This document shows positions 1 through 11,012 of a stretch of DNA of 64,000 bases, piece by piece. The position numbers and the translations under genes were made by a program. Numbering within the stretch: position 1 is the stretch's first letter; every line of letters starts with the position of its first letter. This stretch comes from Guillardia theta CCMP2712 (lineage: Eukaryota; Protista; Cryptophyta): assembly GCF_000315625.1 (NCBI RefSeq), contig NW_005434614.1:430272-494271 (forward strand), read 5' to 3'. The notes beneath the pieces are model-generated. The model saw only the letters and a list, made by a program, of their open reading frames with translations, made no database searches and was not told the origin of the DNA.

Positions 1-862
1 GTGACGTCGGTGTTCAAAACTTTCATGGTGAGATTGTATATATACGCTTACTTTGGAGCTATTCACTCAATTTCAAATAGTCACGCACAGTCCTCCCTCA
101 TGGAGACGGGTGAAGGTCAGCACTTTCTTTAAATATCTTTTCGTCTCACACTATGATATTTTGTACCTCTGCAACAGAGCAGTGCAATGAATTGCTATTA
201 ATACGTAGACCTTGTGGAGCCTGAGGTAAGCTGATCCAGCTTTTATACTAGGTATGTTGTCATAAAATCCTCCCTGTGCAGCCAATGGAATTCTGCTCTC
301 TTGAGGTCGGTACGCGTCAGAAAACGAACGGGAGGGGAGGAGAGAGGAGAGGGGAGAGGAGTAGCGGGGAGGAGGAGGAGTTGAGATGAGTAAAAGAACT
401 AGGGTTTATCTTCGTGGGTGAATTATCAGTTGTTAGGGCCGTGCAAAAAAAGGGGGAAGTGTATGGGAAGACGATGGCAGCGGGAGGGGGGAGGAGGAGG
501 GAGGGAGGGGAAGGGGAGGAGGTCGAACGATGGAGGAGAGGGAGAGACGTCAGGACAAGGATGTTAAAGGCTGAGCTTGATAGGCCTGGCAAGAGGATGC
601 GACGAGAGAGGAAGCGTTGAGGCTGAGGAAGGAAGACAGAAGAAAGGACGTTGGGAGGTGCAAGGGATCGAGATAGAAGATCGAGTTTGCAACCCTCGAG
701 GCAGATGTAGCCAGCATGCGATCCAGGTCGTACATGAAAGTCTTGCGATCTAAGAGCTGCAAGCATGTGCTGAAGGCAGGCACCCTCGACGTAGAACAAA
801 CTGAAAGAGGAACAAACTCAATTTGGCTGTCCTGCTATTGGATTGAACCTCAACGCAGGTAA

Positions 863-1783
863 ATGGCCTCCGCACGGTCCTCCTCCTACAGATGCTACTC
901 TGAGCTAGCTCTTTTCTTCCTCCTTGCCCTACTATCAGAAGCAGAGTCGCGCCCAGCCATCCTCCATGAGACGAGGAAGTCGAGCACAAGCGACAAGTCC
1001 TGGCTCCGTAGCGCCTCCTCGCTCTTGGACGGTGAGCTCAAGGGGTTGAGAGGAGAGGAAGAGGATGACAGCAGGCTGTGTTGCTTCAGAGCTATGGGGC
1101 AGGAAGGATTAAAAGGATCTTCGCATCATAGGAGGGACTCTGGCAGGAGAGGAGTACCCCTGGATAGTAGAGTTCCTTCCTAACTCTACTCTTCTCTGGT
1201 GACCCACGTGACCTCCTGCTCTTGGCACGAGGCTGACAGCCCCCAGAACAGCTCAGATCATCGCAACCAGCTGGGCCTTGTCGGCTGTTCACTGCGTCTA
1301 CGACTTCAACACGGGCAAGCCCATGCTGCCCTCGTCCGCCTTGCTCATCGTGGGTGAGGCTGAAAACGCGGCTGAGGTTGATGCTCATGGAGTGAACATG
1401 TAGGATGCAACGGGAACACACGCTCCTCCTCCTGCTTGGAGGTTCCAGTCACTCGCTACGTCCTTCACCCCAACTTCAACCCGAGGACCCTTGAGAACGA
1501 CGTGCTGCTGATGGAGGCACGCGAGGGATCTCGTCCTCCTCCCTCTCACTGCTGCCTCAGGTCTCCGTGGACTTGGCGTCTCTTATCAACAACCAGCTGC
1601 CGCGCATCGACGGGTTGACTTCGCTCCCTCCTGGTCTTCTCGTCCCCAATAACGACATCCTCCTTGCTGGCTATGGGGTCACGGCCAACATCCAGCCCAA
1701 CCAATCCCCTCAGATCCCCTTCGCCCTGTACAAGGTCGCTACTGCGGCAGATGCTGCTGCTTCTGCTGACTCTGCTTCCATCT

Positions 1784-1825
<42 letters not shown>

Positions 1826-2445
1826 CCCTCACTTCGGCATGCAGGTATCCGTCCCCATCGCAACCGAGCAGACGTGCAAGAACAGCAACCCGACGCTGAG
1901 CAGGCAGGCCTCTCAGTGGGTATGGCTGTGCGTGGACGGGCAGGGGAAGAAGGACAGCTGCGAAGGAGACTCAGGTGAAGGAGGAGGGGGAGAAGGGGGT
2001 TGGGAGGAGGAGGAGGAGGAGGAGGAGGACGGGAGGGGAGTGGGAGAGGAAGAGGAGGAGAAGGAGTGATCGAGGAGGAGGAAGAGGAAGAGGAGGAGGA
2101 GGAGGGATGGTGGGAGCTGCTGGCTGACAGCTTGTAGGTGGCCCTGCCTTCTTCTACTACAACAGCACCTCCTTTGTTGTTGGTGTTCTCAGCATGGGGT
2201 CAGAGGAGCCGACGAGCGGCCCAGCATGCGCGACCCCTGGGCGGTATGGGGTGTACACGCAGATAAGATTCTACACAGACTTCCTTGCGAGCTACGGCAA
2301 TTTCTCGAATGTTACCCAGACGGCAATCGCAGTCAAAAGTGTGGGAGGCAGCAATGTAGTCTCATCGTCTCAGAGATCTAGTCCCTCCTCCTCCCTCGCC
2401 CCCTTTCTCTCAAGCATCGTGATCCTCTTCTACTTGTGTATGTGA
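863..2445 (+). CDS. Secreted or membrane-tethered trypsin-family (S1A) serine protease, multi-exon
   Basis: Signal-like LALFFLLALLSEAES; activation site R-IIGG (1122-1136) then EYPWI; His motif WALSAVHC (~1272-1295); Asp motif HPNFNPRTLENDVLLM (~1465-1513); DSCEGDS|GGP rebuilt across GT-AG intron 1975-2137; YGVYTQI; hydrophobic C-terminus. Confidence 0.9.
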
Positions 2446-2882
2446 AGGAGATGAATGTTCAAAGCGAACTTGTTCTCATGTCGACTTACAATATTCTTTC
2501 AATCTCCCATCTGATTCATTCCCTCAAGTTTGACCTTGGCAGCAAGAGCCGGCTGCCCTCGTAACCTACACATGTGGCTGCCATTTGCTCGGTTCAAACT
2601 TGACGGCGTAGTGAGCAGCGGCAGCAGGAAAAAAGATGCAAAATCATTGAGAGATTCCGCTGGAGATGATGAATGAAAGGGAGTCGAGCAAACAGGAAGG
2701 AGGAGGTGGTGGTGGTGGAGGAGGAGGAGGAGGAGGAGGACAGGAAGGAATGACGGAAAGGGGAACAGAGGGGCAAGGGAGAGGAGACGAAGAAAGAACT
2801 TTGACTTTCATTACTGTACACCAGCCATCCACCACATTGAAACCTCACCCTCCTCTTCTCACTTTCACTTTTGACTTGCCGT

Positions 2883-3758
2883 TCATACGGCGGCAGCACT
2901 GGAGGTCATGACTATGGCCATGCAGAGGACGGCGGTGCCCTGTCGAGGAAGGTCAGGGCCAGAGGAGAAGCGTAGGAGTGAAGGAGCTGAAGGAAGAGGA
3001 AGAGACCGATGACATACAAATTTGAGATGTGAAGCTCAGCAGAGAGTGTGAACAAGGTAAGGAGGAGTAGGAGTAGGATGATGATGATGAGGTGGAGGAG
3101 CAGGAGGAGGAGGTGAAGCAGGAGAGCGTGAGAAAGGAGGAGGAGGAGGAGGAGGAGGAGGAGGTGTTGGTGGTAGCGGAGGAGGCGGCGACGGGGGATG
3201 GGGAACGTCACCAATGCGTTGATGCGACGACCGTCATCGTCCGGTCTGAACTCGCGGAGGAAGAAACCCCAGAGCTGCCCGAAGGTCATGGTGCAGCACA
3301 TGAGCACCGGCCAGGCGATCACCTGAGGGAGGTGTGAGCACGAGGATAAGAGCATGGTGAATCAAGAGGAGGAAGAGGAGGAGAAAAAGGAGGAGGAAAA
3401 GGAGGTAGAGGAGGTAGAGGAGGAGGAGGAGGAATGATGGTGGTGGAGGAGGGATAAAAAGGGTTGGGAGAGGCAAAGGTGACGCAAAGAGTTGCTCAGT
3501 CGCTCACAGGGCCAAGAGTTCCGAGAAGTTTGGCTGCTGCGCCGTAAAGGTGAATGTGACAGGAAAACGCGATCCCTGCTCATCATCAGCAACGTCCTTA
3601 AACAAGTCTTGTCTTCGATGTTCGTGTCCTTTTTCTGCTCCAGCGCCTTCTCCTGCTCGTCCTCTACTACTACAACAAAACCACAAGTGCGAACACGAGC
3701 ACGAATATGAAGACGAGTTAAATCATCGTCGTGGTCGTGGTCGTGGTGGTGGTCGTCA

Positions 3759-3798
<40 letters not shown>

Positions 3799-5532
3799 AG
3801 TCTTCGTCATCATCAATGTAGTCATCATCATCGTTATCACCAGATCTAAAGATCAATACTCGGTGACAATTGGGACCATATCGGTTTGCTCAACGTTGTT
3901 GAAGGAGCGCAAATATCCTCTTTTACACCTCAACGATCCTATCTTAGTCTCGCACCTGACAAGATGCTGTTTCGCCATGATATCAAGAGTCGCTCATCTG
4001 GCCTGTTGGAATCTCTCAGAACATGGATGATATCTCCAGCTGCTGACCACCTCACAAACTCTGCCCAATTCTGCTTCCTCGTTATGAGGAATCCAGCATA
4101 GCTGCAGTTCACAACTCCTTTGCAAGTCATGGTGAGGTGTAAACTTCAGTGTTATCACTCGAACCTGCGAGACAAAAAGCAAACAACCATATGGCGTCTT
4201 GTGCGAACAACTTGCTTATCTTGCGAGGCAGTCAGTATGTGCCGTCAGATCGAGCTAGTCCTCACTCCGAGAGCAAGGAGCTGCTGCGTGAGTGAGTCCC
4301 CAATCACAAACGCAAGCTGCAAGCTTGACGCAAAGATTCCAGCAACCTCCCCAGCAAGTCAGGAGCAGCAAGACAGTCGCTCAGGTACCATGCAGAAGCC
4401 AACAGACTGCAGAGGGGAGAGAGTTCTCCTTCTTGGCTCCTCTGGCCTCCTCTCTGCTTCACCTCCTCCCTCCGCCTGTATCCAGCGATCAGTTCATTTC
4501 CTAGCCTCCTCGTCTCATCGAACCGCGAACGCTGATTTGGAGGAGGCAGGAAAGTTTGGGCTGGAGGGCTCGACGACCACAAACTTCATCGATTCGTCCA
4601 CCTCCTTCATGTCGATACCCAGGTTGGTGCTGGCACAGCTCATCTCTTGCCCGCTCCCATGCTCCTGCTACACCCAAGTTACATCGCTCCTCCAATTTTA
4701 TCCCGGGCAGCCGAACCTTGGATTCTCCGCTTGTTTCTGACCTGGACAAGACGCGAGTCAGTAGGAGCATGAGCATGAGCATGAGCATGAGCATGAGCAT
4801 GAGCATGAGCATGAGCAGGAGCATTGAATACCTCCTGGTCCTCCCAACTTCACGCAGGTGAACAGCTCTTCCCAGCATGCCTGCTCGAGGTTACATCTGT
4901 TCATATCCCAGAAAGTTCAGCTACCGAAGCCGATGATGGCTACTACAACTCCGGTCAAGATCAGCGCTCCTGCTGCTCCTGTCGGGACTCCTCCTCCGAA
5001 TATGAAACCCCACACCACTCCCATGATCACAATCACCGACATGCACAGAGCCGTCCCAAGCCCGATGCCGACCAGTCTGAGCGCGAGCCCGAAGCCGATG
5101 GTGCCGAACCCCCACGTGAAGCTCGCGACGATGATGGCGGCAAGGCCCGAGCTGCTGGAGGATACGATAGCATGGTGGAGGTTGTCGACGCCGAGGTGAG
5201 GGAGGATGTAGGCAAGGTTGAGCACAATGGACACGCCTTGGTTGACCTGAGGAACGATGAGAGGATGAAATGGAGCGAGCGAGGGACTGCATAAGAGAGC
5301 AAGACGAGAGGAGACAACCCACGACTGCAACCCTCTGCGAGAGAAAGGTATACTTCAAGTCTCATACCATCCAAAAGTGCTCCCAGCACCACCCGCTCTC
5401 CTCCGCCGGTCTTCGCACCACTCGGATCATATCCGACGTTGCAACGTTGCCAGGGAGGTTCCACACAGAGTTGAGGAAGCCTCCCACGATGGGGAGGACG
5501 ATCCCCACCGCAAGCTCGGTCTGCGTGACCAT
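2883..5532 (-). CDS. RhaT-like (L-rhamnose/H+ symporter family, DMT superfamily) multi-pass transporter, multi-exon
   Basis: Spliced segments MVTQTELAVGIVLPIVGGFLNSVWNLP..WCWEHFWM, TWGFGTIGFGLALRLVGIGLGTALCMSV, IAWPVLMCCTMTFGQLWGFFLREF and GTAVLCMAIVMTSSAAAV* parallel the RhaT motifs WSWE, WGIG..GL..RYLG and W.....G...G..L.EW (recalled, not searched). Confidence 0.7.
3727..3840. repeat. (CGTGGT)n/(CATCGT)n microsatellite, intronic
   Basis: Direct reading; gives spurious poly-D, VI and HR ORFs. Confidence 0.9.
4764..4816. repeat. (GAGCAT)n microsatellite, intronic
   Basis: About 8 tandem units. Confidence 0.9.
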
Positions 5533-5983
5533 TTCCAACCACTCTGCTCGTGGAATAGTCAGTACGTGAGGGTCAACCCACGACCATGGCCCTTGATCGT
5601 CTTACCTCAGTCTCACTACCTTCATACCTGCCTCCTACCCCACCTGCCTCTCTCTGCCTCTCTCCCGCTCCCCTGCCCCCTCCCCCCTCCCGTTTCCTAC
5701 AGTCTCCTCCAAGTCCTGCTCCCTCCCCAGAAAGCCATCCGGGGGCTGATCAGGCAAGTTGACTGATAACGATCAAAGGACCGGCCCCCGGCACTCGGAC
5801 AAAACGGTTGCGGCGGCAGCTTGACAGGAATCACAGTACTCTTGGTTGAGATCGGATTGATTCAAACACTAGAGTTTTTAGTGAAAACAAAGAATAACAA
5901 ACAAATGCAACCTAATCTATATATTTACACATTCCACATCATCGTCATCCCGACTGTCAGTGTGCCGTATAGGAGGAAGATAT

Positions 5984-6697
5984 TCAAGCATTGGATTGCC
6001 TTCGAGCCAGCAAAGAGTTGTCAAGACTGAACGTGCGCTTTGAAGGCACAGTGAAAGCTTTGCTCAGTCTTGCCGCTAGGTCATCGATGTCTCCAACAGA
6101 CTTCGTCTGACCTCTTTTGGTCCAGGTTCGAATACAGCTGACCCAGTCTTGTCTTATCTTGTAGGAAGGGATCCTCATCTGAATGACGTCGCTGGAGGAC
6201 TCTTCGGATGTCTTGAGACAGATGACGGAGTGATCCTTTTCGTCCTGTACCAGATAAAGATCCATGATCGAGGTTGATGACTGCACAGGGGAGCTTTGTG
6301 ACTTGCGGACAACAAGGTCACCCGACATTGTTAATTCACAATATCGCATCTCCCACCAGACTTTGAAGAGACCTCTCTTGCGAACCTCCAACCAGCCCGA
6401 AATCATCCTGGCTTCATTCTTGACGCTGTTTGCGTTTGCGACTTTCGAGAGACCCAGCAGGCTGATAATCCCTTTGCTTCTGGCGTAGAGCTGTCTAGAG
6501 AATACGTCGCCATCAACATCTCCCTTTGACTTTGGAGGGGCCCACATGTCGTAGAGTTGCTGTTTCCGGACATCAGCTACATCTTGTCTGCTTTCGATGA
6601 TTCTGGCTGCTGCATGACTGGCAAGTTTCTTACACAGGAGAACTGTCTTCATGGACGTCTGTCGAAGCAAACTCTTTCTTGCTGCCTCGGGCGCCAT
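5984..6697 (-). CDS. Single-exon PH-domain protein, paralogue of 59608-61113
   Basis: SGWLEVRKRGLFKVWWEMRYCEL at the domain start and the C-terminal helix RQDWVSCIR with the invariant Trp. Confidence 0.8.
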   Translation of the reverse strand: MAPEAARKSLLRQTSMKTVLLCKKLASHAAARIIESRQDVADVRKQQLYDMWAPPKSKGDVDGDVFSRQLYARSKGIISLLGLSKVANANSVKNEARMISGWLEVRKRGLFKVWWEMRYCELTMSGDLVVRKSQSSPVQSSTSIMDLYLVQDEKDHSVICLKTSEESSSDVIQMRIPSYKIRQDWVSCIRTWTKRGQTKSVGDIDDLAARLSKAFTVPSKRTFSLDNSLLARRQSNA

Positions 6698-7723
6698 TTC
6701 TTTCTTAAAATTCGGAACAATCTTGATGGAGGGGAAGGCTGCTGCCTATTTCAACGCTGAATTGTCGTGGAGTTCCTCGCGTAGAGCAGAAATCAAACCG
6801 TACTGTCTGCTCCGTGTTGTATGTGCGTGTTGAGGAGCAGATGATTTCTTGGGGCCGTGCTCTTATCTATCGGTCTTTTCTTCGCTACCCCCTGACCCTA
6901 CCCATCTTGTATGGACCCCCACCTACCTGGAAAGATAGCCGAGTTTTACACACCTTTTATCGACCGCAGGCGCATGTATCAGAGCATAGCATTATTGTAT
7001 AATAGCACAATTAGTATTTATCTCACCCCGACCATACCTTCTTGATTTCTAAAGTCTATCGATTTCTGGGGGTGGATGAAAAAGTAGGGGTGGCATCCCA
7101 AAATCTTCTCCCTTCGGGGTGGGGGTGCGTTCAAAAGGGGTAGGAGACACAGAGGCAACCTGAAGCGGTTGGAGGCCCACTGGGTCATCATGTGGTTTAC
7201 CACACAGTTGATGACTGAGTTCTTGTCAGCATATATTTTTATCTTTCCGGAAAGATCTGTTTTCGTACTGAGGAGCCGTAAACGGAATCAAACGTTGTCT
7301 TTTCGAGGACAGGAGGTCATGCTGACACAGGAGAGTCCGTGCATGTCATCATCATTGGTTGACCACATCGCCGTTTGACCAGCCGAGTAAAGTGTTTCAA
7401 AAATGTAACGGAGAATAACGACTCAGCTCACCTTCCTAGAGGGTGGCGGGGCGTCGCCAGGATGGTATCTTTGCGAGCGGATGAAGCTGGTAACCTACGT
7501 GGAAAGAGAATGGCGGGCGCCGACCTCCCTACGAGCAATGTACCAGCTCCCCTTGCCTCCTGTACCAGCTTCCCTTGCCCCCTCCCCTACCCCCCCTTGG
7601 TCATGTAAAACTCTTCAGCTCTCGTCGTCTTTCTCCCTCCCCGCGATGGGCTGGCGTCTACTTTCTCGTTGATCGTCGTTGAGATCCCCACGACACTTGC
7701 TTCCCTGTCATCTGAAAGCGAAG

Positions 7724-10700
7724 ATGGGCTCCACCAACATGCTGCTCTTCTTCATCCTCCTGGTCTGCTCCATGGAGGGCTCTCCCGCGCAAGATGGTAC
7801 CTTCAGTCATCTCTCCTCCTCGCTAACAAGATTCTTGAGATTCCTGCACATTGGACAAGGTGAAGATTGCATTCGTTCATCATGCCTTGGACATGGGAGG
7901 AGTAGAGAGGTGAGCCGATAGAGGGTGTGTGAGGAGGGGGAGGAGAAGGGGGTGTGAGGAGGGGGAGGATGGGAGATATGAAATGAAACAGGCAGATCGA
8001 GACTACCTGGTTGTCCATCGATCACCAGCAGTTCGATGGTGCGGTGGTTCTGTGAGAAGGCCATCCCTCCTTCACGTGAGGCTGATGCGGCACGCGCCAG
8101 GTACCAGCGACTTGGAGGATGGGCGACCAAGTTTGAGAGCTTCGGTACGAGGTGATGCTCGAAGTTGCTCTTGACTGCTTCCAGGGCTCCGAGCTGTCCT
8201 CTTCCCGATCTTCGATCACCATGGCGCTTTGCTGCCGGGCCATCAGGAAGCCAGGAAGGTGGAGGTCGGTCTGTATGAGCAGGATGGGATGTGATGCTGC
8301 TCAGGACATGGTTCGGTTCCTCTCTGAGCACCATGTTGCCCACGTCTGGTATGGGGGAGGGGCGCTGGGCAGTTTCAGCACGTGAGTTGTGGAGGCGGAT
8401 CGGGAGAGGGATAACGTCAAAGCTCAGGTTTGGAATCGAAGTTGCAAGCGCTGCCGGTCTGCCTGTGATTCAGAACCTTGCATGGAATGTCTTCACGGTG
8501 GACTTGTCAGTTTCTGTAGTTGTGGTGAGGTGCAGGCAAGTGGAAAGTAATTCTGACAGTGAGCAGGTGGAATGCGATGAGACTGAGGAGCTTCACAGGG
8601 AAAATCTCCGCGAGGTAGTCGTTTGATCTGTGAGTGAGATAGTCACTTGATATGTCAGTGAGTGGAACATATATTGCTTTCTTGGTTGTGCCAGTCAGTG
8701 AGTCAGTGAGTCAGTGAGTCAACCAGTCAACCAGTCAATCAGTCAGTCAGTCAGTCAGTCAGTCAATCTGTCAGTCAGTCAGTCAGTCAGTCAGTCAGTC
8801 AGTCAGTCAGTCAATCAATCAGTCATTCAATCAGTCAGGCAGTCAGGCAGTCAGTCAGACGTTTCTGATTTTCTTCATCTCCAGCGTTTTTCTGTGGACG
8901 AAGATATTTTGAACAGGCTCGGAGTAACTCAGGCAAGCGAACAGCAAGTCATTCTTGACTCGGGGTTCCAGTTCGTATCAGGAAAGGAAAGGCGCTTGTT
9001 GGTTGTGAATTGTGACTCTGAGGAACAGAAAATGCCAATTTGAGCATCGAAGGTTTTCAGACTCAACTAGAACGAAGTCAACATGTACAGATTCCTGTTG
9101 TCTTGCTTCTGTTTGATCTTTGATCCACCCCCTGCTTCTTTGTTGATTCATTTCCAGTGTTTGTACTGAATGCTTTCTTTCAGAGCAGAGTCCCTCTCGT
9201 TGTTCGGATCAACCCCGGAGTGAACTTGTCTCGTTTTGACTTAGCCATTCCTCAACTTGCAAGAGTGAGAGCAGAGGTGAAAACTTTCTGTGACTGCTTA
9301 AAGGTGTTGATAAATTGCAGGCCCGAAGCTCGGATCGAATCATTGTTGGGTGAGATGATAGGGATAGATCCATGAAGTTAGATGTTGATCTGAGAATCAT
9401 TGTGACGATGCAGTTTCGGTGAAATTTGAATGCTGGTGATGTTGCTGATGATGAAGCTGTAACCAGTGATGGTGATGGCTGTGACATGATGACAGTGGTG
9501 TTATTGGAGTTTGAGATCGAGATAGACGGTCACGCTGATCTTGTTTTCAAGACGTCTTAGCCGTCTTGTACCCGAGAAAGACCCGGAGACGTTTGTAAAT
9601 TTTTCTTTGCTTGCTCCACAAAGGACTTAACTAGGCATGCTCTAGGTAAAAGCTGCGGCCCTCCTCAAGCATCGTGACGATCTCTTGTTCCGGTAAAGAT
9701 CTTCCTCTACGTCAGATCTTGCTGATAATCACTCATTCGAACCCCCGTTCATCTGATGTGCGGCAGTTCTTGCTTCTTGCTCCTGCTCCACTCTGTATGT
9801 TTTCCTTTCTCGCTCTTGCTCTTTCGCTGCCTCTTTCTCTCCATTTCATCTGGACGTTTGGTCGTGCGGACTTGTTCTAGTTTTCCTTTCTTTACTTCTT
9901 GTTGATTTGATGCCTTGCAGACTCTGGGGAGATGGTCCTGAGCGAAGGAAGCTAGAGGAGTGAGCGTGTGCTAGTTCCTGCGTGAGTTTGTCTTACATCC
10001 TTTCCTCTCAGAATGCGATTAAACTTGGGCCTGCAAGACAGACTAGAGCTGATGGGATCAACTGAACAACCCGAGCTTGCCCTTGCCGCCATGGACGTTC
10101 GTGTTTCCCGTCCATCCCCATCGCTCTCCTCTGACTTTGTTCTTGTCTCCAGATCTTCGCCTACCCGACAACAGGTGTTGAGATTTGCTGCTCTCAGTCA
10201 CTTCCCTCCTCCTCCTCACTCGGTGCAGGTGAGAGTGTCGGTTGGGTCGTCCTCGAGGCCATGGCGATGGAGCTTCCGGTGATCAGCACGGCAGTGGGGG
10301 CAGTGCCGTCCTTCGTCAGGTGCAGGAGGTGATGACGTGGCAGGGGCTGATGGGTGGAGCAGGCATGGCGAGAACGGCTTTCTGATGGAGAAGGTACAAG
10401 ACGAAGAGATACTAGCTTCTCTAATTGGTCTTGCCTGTTATGCTGTCGATGTTGTTGTTGACCTGGGGCATGTCAGAGGTGTTGGCTGACTCTCAAGAGC
10501 TCCGAGATGAGCTTGCAAGGTTTGTTCTTCTCCTGTCTGTCTCTCGCGACTTCTCATCGTGCCTGTTTTGTCACGATGTCATGTGTTTCCCCTGTCAATG
10601 TCTGTGTCTGTTCTGCCTTGTTTTCAGTATGCCTTCGTTGTGCTATCATGTGTCTTGTGCTGATTGCATCTTAGAGGGGCGAGGGAGTTTGTTGAGCGAG

Positions 10701-10807
10701 AGTGCAATCTGGAAGCGTTTGCAGCGTCATACACGTCTTTGTACCGAGCTGTGGGCGAGAAGAGGAGGAAAAAACTGAAAGGAGTGAGCGATAATCCTGT
10801 GTCGTAG
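7724..10807 (+). CDS. GT-B fold glycosyltransferase (GT4 / Glycos_transf_1) with signal peptide, many exons
   Basis: N-terminal MGSTNMLLFFILLVCS; RINPGVNLSRF; SRLVPEKDP; signature ESVGWVVLEAMAMELPVISTAVGAVPSFV|RHGENGFL (~10230-10385); end GREFVERECNLEAFAASYTSLY, stop at 10805-10807. Confidence 0.75.
8692..8860. repeat. (AGTC)n tetranucleotide tract, intronic
   Basis: Degenerate AGTC/AATC/AGGC run. Confidence 0.9.
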
Positions 10808-11012
10808 AACAGGAGGAAGAACCTGCAGCTGAAAGCTCTTGTGAGTTACGTTAACTTGTTGTAGAACAACGACAATCTTATGAAATCTGTCTCCTTCACG
10901 CTCTCTCGCCCCTTCTCCTCCCCTCCTTTATCTCCCACTCCTCCCTCTTCTTGTTGTTCGCTCTTTATTCATTGCCATCCACACCTGAGTTCAGCTGCTA
11001 CCTTCCTCCACT

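Noticed and set aside
1-800. Possible gene fragments at the window edges (also 63650-64000)
   Set aside because: Too truncated or low-complexity to assign frame or product
1735-1845. Poly-alanine insertion in the protease
   Set aside because: The (GCT)n run lies between a GT donor and CAG acceptor; splicing it out restores LYK|VSVPI..C
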